Below are positions 49,182-56,748 of a stretch of DNA of 64,000 nt, piece after piece. The stretch spans positions 64,092 through 128,091 of the forward strand of contig CAYMVY010000002.1 in assembly GCA_964394405.1 (NCBI GenBank), given 5' to 3'. Made by a program: the position numbers and the translations under genes. Within the stretch, counting starts at the first letter, position 1, and each line of letters starts with the position of its first letter. Below the pieces are notes generated by a model that was given only the letters and a program-made list of their open reading frames with translations, had not been told where the DNA came from and searched no databases. The stretch comes from an uncultured Gammaproteobacteria bacterium. Lineage in GTDB: Bacteria > Patescibacteriota > Patescibacteriia > Magasanikbacterales > UBA922.

Positions 49182-49712
49182 ATGAAAAATACTCGACAAA
49201 TTATATTCTTCGATACTGAGTTCACGTTTCTTGATGCGCGGAAAGGTGAATTATTGTCTTTGGGATTAGTAAAAGATTCTGGTGAAGAATTATATCTTGA
49301 ATTTGAGCAACCACCGCATGAACAAATGGATCCCTGGGTTATTGAACATGTGCTTCCATCACTGTCTGGAAATGTGGTGTCAAAAGATGAAGCTCGTGCA
49401 CAAATTCGTGAATTTGTCGGGACTGACAAGCCATACCTCATGGCATATGTGAATCAATTTGATTCAGTCTACTGGTACGATCTTTTTTCTGATCCACAGA
49501 AACATCCTGCATTCTGGATTCCGATTGATTTTGCGTCAATACTTTTTGCGCATGGATTTGATCCTGAAAGTATGGGGCAACAAGAATTCTTTGATCGGAT
49601 TGGTGTGAATCGATCCAATTACAGCACACGTGGTCATAATGCACTTGAAGACGCCCAACTTCTAAAAGAAGTATATACTCGCTTCATGTCGTATATCGGA
49701 CGCGCAAAATAG
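49182..49712 (+). CDS. DEDDh-family 3'-5' exonuclease (oligoribonuclease/RNase T-like)
   Basis: FFDTEFT, ...D..., HNALEDA motifs; start set to ATG 49182 with GGAGGG upstream. Confidence 0.65.
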   Translation: MKNTRQIIFFDTEFTFLDARKGELLSLGLVKDSGEELYLEFEQPPHEQMDPWVIEHVLPSLSGNVVSKDEARAQIREFVGTDKPYLMAYVNQFDSVYWYDLFSDPQKHPAFWIPIDFASILFAHGFDPESMGQQEFFDRIGVNRSNYSTRGHNALEDAQLLKEVYTRFMSYIGRAK

Positions 49713-50494
49713 TCTTGCTTCACAAACCTGCAGAAAAAGTTGATACTCTATACCTCTAGTTTTTGAACGCCAATTCTGTGGTGTCGCACAATGTAGGGGA
49801 TAGCATAGTCGAAAGTCTATAAAGTCATAAAGTCGAAAGTAAGAAATACAATACGCGTGTTAGTTGAACTGGTGCTAGGGGAGGGAAGGAAAAATTATAT
49901 GTGTAAAATGTTGACTCAAATACAGGAATCAAAGTTAGTTGGATTCAAAAGAACCTTTTTGTTCTATAGTATATAGTGTCGTATAAGATATATTGTGCGA
50001 CACGTAGTACTAAAGCGCGACACCTCACTTTCTGCTCTACCCTGCCTAGAAATGAGCTAAAAATAATTGTCTACGCATCTAATGTCGCAGGACGATTTCA
50101 CTACCTGACCTCAAACATTCTTTTACGAGTAAAAAACTAGGCATTTAAAAACCGATCAATTCAATGGTCGGCTTTTTTAATGTTTGGTTTATGGTTGGGA
50201 GGTTTTTTGACTGAATTTGGGGTGTTATCTACTCCCCGACCCTTAAGCCTGTAAAAGGTCAGGAGAGGTCAAGAAGTTATGAGAGTGTTCCCTACTACTT
50301 TTGCGGTCAGGTAGTTTGCGGTATAATTGTACTTAAATATATTCCCTTTCAACGGGGAGCATGAGCAAAATTGTCCCCTGAAGATTGAGTTTAATTATTG
50401 ACTACTGGATAGTCGCCCCCACAGTTAATCAACTTGGTTAGCTGTTGTGGGCGTTACTATCAGTGACGTTCAATTTTATTCTTAATCTCCTTCT

Positions 50495-50605
50495 ATGGCC
50501 AAGACCAAGAAAGGCAAGAAGATCGTGGAGGTTCGCCGCCACTATCGTCATGTCGGAGACAAGCGAATTCTCGTGAGAGAATATCGCAAGTCTACACCTA
50601 ATTAA
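50495..50605 (+). CDS. possible 36-aa highly basic peptide (MAKTKKGKKIVEVRRHYRHVGDKRILVREYRKSTPN)
   Basis: Small ORF followed by terminator 50645-50675, flanked by about 25-bp inverted repeats; no Shine-Dalgarno; could be noncoding. Confidence 0.25.
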   Translation: MAKTKKGKKIVEVRRHYRHVGDKRILVREYRKSTPN

Positions 50606-50644
50606 TTTTAGGTGAGGGGCTCCATGCTCCCCTTTCAAGGGGAA

Positions 50645-50675
50645 TAAAAAACGAGTCTTAGGTGACTCGTTTTGG
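50645..50675. terminator. terminator aacgagtc-ttaggt-gactcgtt + T-run
   Basis: Seen directly. Confidence 0.55.
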
Positions 50676-50690
50676 TTATTATATAAATTT

Positions 50691-51395
50691 TTATTCTAAA
50701 TCGAAGTTTTTCTTTAGCTTATTCAGTTCTTCAGAATCAGTAAGTCTCTTTACTTCCCTGCTCTTTTCAAGTTTTTTTATCTCGTCTAGAAGTGATTGAA
50801 AATCTTTTTCCCACTTACCTTGCTTATATGCGTGAACTGAGGTAGGGTTCAAGTACGTCGCCCATTCATCATCTGTTCGAGAGCAACCAACTTCGAATTT
50901 TTTATCTCCATTCTCAAGAACCTCGATATCTACATATTTGTCATCACTCGAATAACCTTGCCACTCTCTTGTCTGGATTGTATACAAAGAATCGTTAATA
51001 GTTAAAGTATAACCTTCTTTATCAGAGTCTTTTACTTTATCTATTTTCTCACTTAAAGAAACAACCATAGGCACAGATTCACGTCCCCGTTTAATCCAAC
51101 TTGGAAAATATTTTGTTTCGTCGTAAACTTTAACCACCAAGTCGTCTAGTCCTTTGTTCTTTGCTTCTTTTGATTTTTTCTCAGCTAAATCTCTAATTCT
51201 TTTGGCTTCTTTTACTGCTGTATCTTCTATTTCATTTTTATGGTTTGGTTGTATTTTTTCTGAAGTTTTTTTCTCAGCTTTTTCTTTTCTATTTAGATAT
51301 ATATAACAAGTGACAGTTAAAAAAACACAGCCTACCCAAAAGCTTTTAAAGATAAGAGCTACTATTATTGAAATAAAAACGAGAAGCCAAATCAT
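50691..51395 (-). CDS. hypothetical membrane protein: 2 N-terminal TM helices, Lys/Glu-rich linker, about 150-aa C-terminal domain of unknown family
   Basis: 8 bp downstream of the TIR-like gene on the same strand. Confidence 0.6.
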   Translation of the reverse strand: MIWLLVFISIIVALIFKSFWVGCVFLTVTCYIYLNRKEKAEKKTSEKIQPNHKNEIEDTAVKEAKRIRDLAEKKSKEAKNKGLDDLVVKVYDETKYFPSWIKRGRESVPMVVSLSEKIDKVKDSDKEGYTLTINDSLYTIQTREWQGYSSDDKYVDIEVLENGDKKFEVGCSRTDDEWATYLNPTSVHAYKQGKWEKDFQSLLDEIKKLEKSREVKRLTDSEELNKLKKNFDLE

Positions 51396-51403
51396 AATAA
51401 TAT

Positions 51404-52087
51404 TTAGAGATCCTTTACTTCAATATCGTATCCTTTGTCTGTCATTTCTTGTGCCAATTGTAGACGGGACTCTTTTACGTCTTCTTTGAATGGAATGTAT
51501 ATAAGTCCTTGGATGTCAGATGGACGCTCCATGTCAGCCTGATGCTTTAGCAAAATAGCAACCTTGTCTCTTCCTAATTTTGCCAGCATCATTCCAAGTT
51601 CGAGAACCACATTTTGTCTTGCTCTAAATGTTTTTGCTTCCTCATTATCTTTTTTATATCCTATGTCATCAGGTGTTGCAAGTACAATACAAAAATCAAC
51701 TTTGGAAGTATATTTTTCCAATTTTTCAATTATGGTTTTTCCACCAGAGGGTAGTTGGTCTAGGATCAAAGGGTTTAGACCCCATTTTCTGAGCATGGCT
51801 TCTAGTTGAGTTTTTGCGTCGTCGTCGTGTCCATATACAACAAAAACATCTTTCTTTGGTTCCTTCATAGGAGTAACTTGTAATACTCCCCCTGTTTTAT
51901 CGGGGAGCCCAAGTAATTGCTTTAAAGGTTCTGGGTTTTTGCCCTGAACACTTATTCGACCTGTTTTATATACGTTTACGATTGTGCCGTCCGCAATGGT
52001 TAGTTTTATTCCGTGGGGTATCTCTTTTTCAGCAGTTACGGTAAATCCCTTGTTTTGAAGCAATTCCTTGAGTTGATTTATATCCAT
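51404..52087 (-). CDS. TIR-like domain protein (DUF2263/COG4271, Pfam CAP12-PCTIR_TIR-type) with about 75-aa N-terminal domain of unknown function
   Basis: VFVVYGHDDDA...CIVLATPDDIGY...RARQNVVLELGMMLAKLGRDKVAILL...PSDIQGLIYIP matches the family signature from memory; promoter TTGAAA-N17-TATGAT at 52111-52139 (minus). Confidence 0.65.
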   Translation of the reverse strand: MDINQLKELLQNKGFTVTAEKEIPHGIKLTIADGTIVNVYKTGRISVQGKNPEPLKQLLGLPDKTGGVLQVTPMKEPKKDVFVVYGHDDDAKTQLEAMLRKWGLNPLILDQLPSGGKTIIEKLEKYTSKVDFCIVLATPDDIGYKKDNEEAKTFRARQNVVLELGMMLAKLGRDKVAILLKHQADMERPSDIQGLIYIPFKEDVKESRLQLAQEMTDKGYDIEVKDL

Positions 52088-52199
52088 ATTTTTGAGGTTT
52101 ATTTATCTCAATCATAGGTTATTTCGGTATTTTTTTCAACTCCCCCATTCATGGCACCTTCTGGGCATCTACAGTCTGGGTGGTTTTCTACCAAAACCC

Positions 52200-52228
52200 T
52201 TGACAATCCCCCTTTTTTGCGATAGTAT
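52200..52228 (+). promoter_or_regulatory. consensus promoter TTGACA-N17-TAGTAT followed by about 110-nt GC-rich structured leader
   Basis: Read directly. Confidence 0.45.
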
Positions 52229-52345
52229 GCCCAGCCGCTCTTTGAGAAATCCCTGCCTGTATGGGTAGGTCGGTCTCGGTAACGGGACTAAGAGGGTAAT
52301 TGCTCCTACCCTGCCCAAAGGAGTATCTAGGAAAGGATAAGGTCA

Positions 52346-52672
52346 ATGTCGCTGCAGCACATGAAGATCCTCCAGGGTCCCTGCAAGTTCCGCCTCATGG
52401 AGTCCCTGTTCCACGTCGCGGATGATCCGATCGATTACCCCCGGGAAGCGGTGACGTTCCTCGTGGAGTACAGAGGGGAGAAGTGCCGTATCTCGATCCC
52501 CTCGGTCGAGAGCATCGGACGTGTCTTCGGTGAGTACGAGACTTACCGAGTCAAGGGATATGGCAAGATGGTCCCGAACGCTGACCGTGCCAACTCCCTG
52601 TTCGAGCACCTGCCGGTCGAGCTCGTCTACTCGGTCCGGGACCGAAACGGGGTCGCTCAGGCCTCTTTCTGA
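52346..52672 (+). CDS. hypothetical 108-aa protein in GC-rich island
   Basis: ORF fills GC island; terminator hairpin ggccccga...tcggggcc at 52689-52723; no homology recognised. Confidence 0.4.
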   Translation: MSLQHMKILQGPCKFRLMESLFHVADDPIDYPREAVTFLVEYRGEKCRISIPSVESIGRVFGEYETYRVKGYGKMVPNADRANSLFEHLPVELVYSVRDRNGVAQASF

Positions 52673-52921
52673 CCCCTAGTGTGCCGTGGCCCCGATTCTT
52701 GTATGAGAGTCGGGGCCGTTCTAATGTAAACTATATTTTCAAATAAAAAAGCCGTAGTTGTATAGACTATGACTTTTTTATTTTTTTGATGTTATTTACT
52801 CTTTTTTAATTCCAGCATCCGTCTGAATCCTCGCAGAAAAAATGATGATCGACTCTTCCCTATCTTTGCCTGATAAAAGTCGCTCCTGCAATTTTGTAAT
52901 GTTTTATACATATAGTTTTGT

Positions 52922-53194
52922 TTAAGATTGAGTGAGCCAATTGACTGTTTTTTCTGCTAGATTTGATGATGTCCAATTTCTGGTTACTTCAGTCACGTAG
53001 ATTTTATCGTTTTTATTGGTGACGCTTTTCAGCTGTCTAATAATATCGAGTGAAGTGAGGTCTGTTTTTATAAGCCAGAATGATCCCATTGGTCTGGTCC
53101 AGAAATTGGCAGTTTTGATCATCTGGATTAATTTGGCATATTCAGGACTAGACTCTGGTTCTGCCAAGTCGTATGAAATGAGGTAGGTCTTCAT
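52922..53194 (-). CDS. hypothetical 90-aa protein translationally coupled to lexA (start overlaps lexA stop)
   Basis: MKTYLISYDL... ferredoxin-like-fold look; family not assigned. Confidence 0.5.
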   Translation of the reverse strand: MKTYLISYDLAEPESSPEYAKLIQMIKTANFWTRPMGSFWLIKTDLTSLDIIRQLKSVTNKNDKIYVTEVTRNWTSSNLAEKTVNWLTQS

Positions 53195-53197
53195 AGT

Positions 53198-53785
53198 CTA
53201 GATGTATTGTCGTACTACTCCAGTCACCACTCCCCCGACCTTCAGTTCGTATTTTGGAAATATGTCTGGATATTTTTTGTTTGCTGCCCGGAGAAACATT
53301 TTTTTGCCCCGCTGCATCAAGTATTTGAGTGTCCATTCGTGATCGACTTCTGCAACCACGACTGCTCCTGGTTTTGCAGGTTTCTTTCTATTCACGATTA
53401 CCATGTCCCCTGACATGATACCTGCGCCTTGCATCGAATCACCAGAAACTTTGAGTAGAAATGTGTGTGTGGGTTCGTGAATCAGTAGATCATTCAGTGA
53501 AATACAGTCGAGCAGGCTTTCTTCTGCGTCATGCGGGATGCCTGCGCGGACTTCTCCCAGCACCCGGACTCCGTAGAGTTTTGGGGTTGCAATGAGAAAT
53601 CCTTCATCGCTTTTACGCACTACATCATCTTCGATAAATTTTTCAATATAGTCATGTACGGTTGATTTTGATTTTACTCCGAAGACTTTGGTAAGTTCTT
53701 CGTATGTCGGGAGGCGCTTGTTCCGGTTGTAGTATGCTACGAGCGCTTCCATTCTTTTTTTGTAGAGATCTATAGGCATATACAA
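53198..53785 (-). CDS. lexA: LexA repressor (S24 peptidase, HTH N-terminal domain)
   Basis: Ser-Lys dyad (GDSM...K), cleavage-site region and winged HTH. Confidence 0.85.
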   Translation of the reverse strand: MYMPIDLYKKRMEALVAYYNRNKRLPTYEELTKVFGVKSKSTVHDYIEKFIEDDVVRKSDEGFLIATPKLYGVRVLGEVRAGIPHDAEESLLDCISLNDLLIHEPTHTFLLKVSGDSMQGAGIMSGDMVIVNRKKPAKPGAVVVAEVDHEWTLKYLMQRGKKMFLRAANKKYPDIFPKYELKVGGVVTGVVRQYI

Positions 53786-53854
53786 TGGGTTAGGTATTTA
53801 AATTTGCGTTACGCTTTTTGTCCCCGGCCGGACGGACAATAGCGGAACGTAAAT

Positions 53855-53902
53855 CGAACGATTGTTCTCCTCCTAAAAATAGTATATACGAACGTTCGTT
53901 CG
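53855..53902. promoter_or_regulatory. two Cheo-type SOS boxes (CGAACgattGTTC at 53855-53868; CGAACGTTCGTTCG at 53889-53902) embedded in lexA promoter TTGACG-N17-TATACT (minus)
   Basis: GAAC-N4-GTTC palindromes read directly; box 2 lies in the promoter spacer. Confidence 0.5.
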
Positions 53903-54149
53903 GCGTCAAAGCTTTTTGTAGGCACATATGTGGATAACTTAATGTCATTCCCGCGAAAGCAGGAATCCAGAATAAAAATACAATATTGAGTACACTCTCT
54001 GTACTTTTTGTAACCAAAAAGTACCACAAAAAGTTTCGGGGGTGACAAAACTCGCCTCACTAAGTTTGGTTAGTGATTTTACGCTCTTAGCTCAAACAGT
54101 TGTCACCCCCGAACCCCCTTTGTTCGCTTTATATATATTGGGCGTTTAA

Positions 54150-54176
54150 TAACAAAACCGCCCTTATCGGGCGGTA
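54150..54176 (-). terminator. terminator accgccc-ttatc-gggcggt with T-run on minus strand
   Basis: Seen directly. Confidence 0.5.
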
Positions 54177-54316
54177 GTCTATTCTATCATTCACTATACA
54201 CGAATTTCATGCGCAGTGAATGGTTCGCGATCGAGTGTGTTTTGCCTTACACAGTCGATCGCGAGTGGTGATTCCTCCTCAAAGAGGGTGAATCACTTTC
54301 CCGAAGAGGGGTGGGG

Positions 54317-54519
54317 TCAGATGTTCTCGTGATCCTCGGGCGGCGCGTCGGTCACGACGTTCTCCGGATCGTGAGGCGGAGACTTGGGCTGCGGCACTGG
54401 CTGCCAGAAGGCCTCCGGCTCCAGATCGTCCGGTCCGCAGGCCTTCTGCATCGGCGGCTTGTACTTGCCACCGGTGGGGTCGTAGCCACGCACCGTAGTG
54501 CTATCTTTCGAATTCGACA
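54317..54519 (-). CDS. hypothetical 67-aa Pro/Asp-rich protein in GC-rich island (GGAGAAG Shine-Dalgarno)
   Basis: ATG (minus) at 54517-54519; 15-bp inverted repeat hairpin at 54225-54264 and terminator at 54150-54176 downstream. Confidence 0.35.
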
Positions 54520-54680
54520 TCTTCTCTTCTCCAGTGCCCCCTGCTTGAGGTATAACGCGTGAGCGTCGAGTGTGAGGGCGAATCATATTCCAATTATTAC
54601 TTAGAATATTATTTACCCGCACACTCAAAAAAGAACTAGTCAACATTAGTGTATATCATGTTTTGTATGTTTTGTCAATC

Positions 54681-55751
54681 CTATTTCCAATAAATTCGAT
54701 TCTCATATCGAAGATCGATATATGAGAGATTTTTGGTATTGTCTATCTTCCCGAGCGCGAGTTTCAGCTCCCTCAACTGGTCTAGGGTGTCTGTTCGTAT
54801 AAATCTTCCTTTGATTATCCATCCCTCACGTGTTTCTATTGAAAAATCAATATCATTTTCAATGACAAACGCGCGTATGCCAAATTCATTATTCTTGATT
54901 CCATTGTACCACTCGATCATGAGACGCACTTCTTCTGGAGTGAGTACTGAGAGTCCTTTTTCTACTACATGACCCCGCTTGTCGTAGATAAGTGGATAGT
55001 CGCCCACCTCGCCTATTATTTTTTTGTAGTCAGGAACATGTTTTTTTCCAATGACAGCAGTGAGTGTGGTTGTCGCTCCATCTGCGGTTGTCGTAACGGT
55101 CTCTCCGAATACTTCTTCCCACTCATGATTTTCAACTTCTCGTACCAATTCGATGATCGATCCGTCGAGTCCGACCAGTGCATAGGTCGAGCTATTATCG
55201 TAGATAATCGTAGAAATTTTTTCAGTGATTTCAACCTTGAGATCATGCGGAAATTCTTTTGTTATACTGATGGTATCAATCGGAAATCTGCGCTTGAGTA
55301 CCTCACTAATATCCTCGATATTGGCCAAAAAATAACTTGAGTTTGGGATAACACGTAGTGTTTTGTAATCCAGGGTATTTTTGATTACTGTCTCTATTTC
55401 CGCAGTGGTAATTTTTTTGTTTCCTGAGATAGTGATATGTGTGATATTGAATAATCCGCTGAATACGATGAGATATACAAGCGATATCACTGAAACCGCA
55501 AGAATTGAAAGCTCTAGAACAAGCTTTTTTCTGTCTGAAGTGTCTTCCCGTTTATACGGGCTATATTGTGTGCCTTTCCAGGTGAAGTCTTTCTTTTTTC
55601 GGAGGTCTCTATTTTTGAATAGTTTATCAAAAAAACGTTCTGTCTTGTCTGCAGTTCGGTCAAATGATTTTATTAGTTTGTGATGATTGACGATACGTCT
55701 TCTCATGATTGTTGTGTTAAAAACCTCGTTTGATACGTCGGAGGGTTTCAA
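54681..55751 (-). CDS. ftsQ: cell division protein FtsQ/DivIB-like (TM + POTRA)
   Basis: Single TM followed by POTRA-like region; N-terminal extent uncertain. Confidence 0.65.
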   Translation of the reverse strand: MKPSDVSNEVFNTTIMRRRIVNHHKLIKSFDRTADKTERFFDKLFKNRDLRKKKDFTWKGTQYSPYKREDTSDRKKLVLELSILAVSVISLVYLIVFSGLFNITHITISGNKKITTAEIETVIKNTLDYKTLRVIPNSSYFLANIEDISEVLKRRFPIDTISITKEFPHDLKVEITEKISTIIYDNSSTYALVGLDGSIIELVREVENHEWEEVFGETVTTTADGATTTLTAVIGKKHVPDYKKIIGEVGDYPLIYDKRGHVVEKGLSVLTPEEVRLMIEWYNGIKNNEFGIRAFVIENDIDFSIETREGWIIKGRFIRTDTLDQLRELKLALGKIDNTKNLSYIDLRYENRIYWK

Positions 55752-56748
55752 ATATCCGCATTGGCCAGTAAGTAATCGGATTGATAATCAGATCATGACA
55801 TTCGACCAGATTTTTCACTTCACCACCAAAACCTTTTTTGAAATGTGTTATACCTTTGAATGGGTGATTTTTTTTGGCATCTTCGGGTGCTACTCCCCAG
55901 AAATTATACCATCGCATGCCCCTCTTCTTTGCCTCGAGTATCGCACTCCACTGCAGTAGATAGGGTGTCGGAATTTTGTTATTGTTCCCGAGCGATGCGC
56001 CATGTCGATATGCTGCCGTCGATCCGTAGTAATACACCACGGCACTTGAGTCGAGTGTTCCATTAGGGAGATAGCAGTAGAACACTACGGCTTCTGCATT
56101 TTTTTCAAACGAAGTAAATTCTTTTTCCACGTATTCATTTGAAAAGCGCACGAATCGGTGCCGTTTTGCGGTACGATCATGTAGTTCGTGGAATTCTTTC
56201 AGTTTTTCTGAGTGTGTAAATGATTGTACGGTGACACCCTCTTTCTCACATCTTCGGATGAGATTTCGATGATTTTTATTCATGTGCGCCATGAGCTCAT
56301 CTTCTCCTTGGGTTACATCGAGGATACAGGTGGTTTCTGCTAGTGCGTGTATCGGAGATTTTTTGAATCCAATTCGCTCGATTGTGTCTACTATGGTATC
56401 ACTTGATTCAACAAATGGACTTATTCGTATGCACGACACACGATGCTCGCGCGCTTTATTTTTGAGATACGCGACGCATGATTCCAATAATTCTGCATAG
56501 ATGTTCTGATCAGTTGCTATCGGACCATAGGGGAGATAGAAGTACGATCCCCTCTTTGCATGTATCACGATGACGAGTGCACCTCCGACTAATGTTTCTT
56601 TTTCATACGCGCCAATAATAAAGGAGGTGTCCCCCATAGACGCATAAAAATCTCCATATGCAGGTGCCTGGGTCATCGGTGAGTATATGACTCCGCGCAC
56701 GAGTGTGTCCCAGATATTTTTTTCTTGTATCTCTCTAACGGTGATCAT
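55717..56748 (-). CDS. FemAB-family peptidyltransferase (peptidoglycan interpeptide bridge formation)
   Basis: Size and GNAT-like duplicated fold features typical of FemAB. Confidence 0.7.
   Translation of the reverse strand: MITVREIQEKNIWDTLVRGVIYSPMTQAPAYGDFYASMGDTSFIIGAYEKETLVGGALVIVIHAKRGSYFYLPYGPIATDQNIYAELLESCVAYLKNKAREHRVSCIRISPFVESSDTIVDTIERIGFKKSPIHALAETTCILDVTQGEDELMAHMNKNHRNLIRRCEKEGVTVQSFTHSEKLKEFHELHDRTAKRHRFVRFSNEYVEKEFTSFEKNAEAVVFYCYLPNGTLDSSAVVYYYGSTAAYRHGASLGNNNKIPTPYLLQWSAILEAKKRGMRWYNFWGVAPEDAKKNHPFKGITHFKKGFGGEVKNLVECHDLIINPITYWPMRIFETLRRIKRGF

Noticed and set aside
49740-50490. Hidden protein gene or pseudogene in the 950-bp ORF-free region
   Set aside because: No frame shows an extended protein-like translation or recognisable domain remnant. 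Kept as noncoding or regulatory with the single small-peptide candidate noted separately.
52922-53194. Cas2-like appearance of the 90-aa protein (MKTYLISYDL...)
   Set aside because: There is only a loose N-terminal resemblance. No cas1, no repeat array, and the conserved Cas2 acidic and SVF motifs are absent. Kept as hypothetical.
53790-54060. Small minus-strand ORFs 53790-54029 and 53809-54060 (IPAFAGMT / FRGNDI peptides)
   Set aside because: They are classic spurious translations of a dRS3-like repeat and the lexA promoter/operator region. They overlap the LexA boxes and have no start context.
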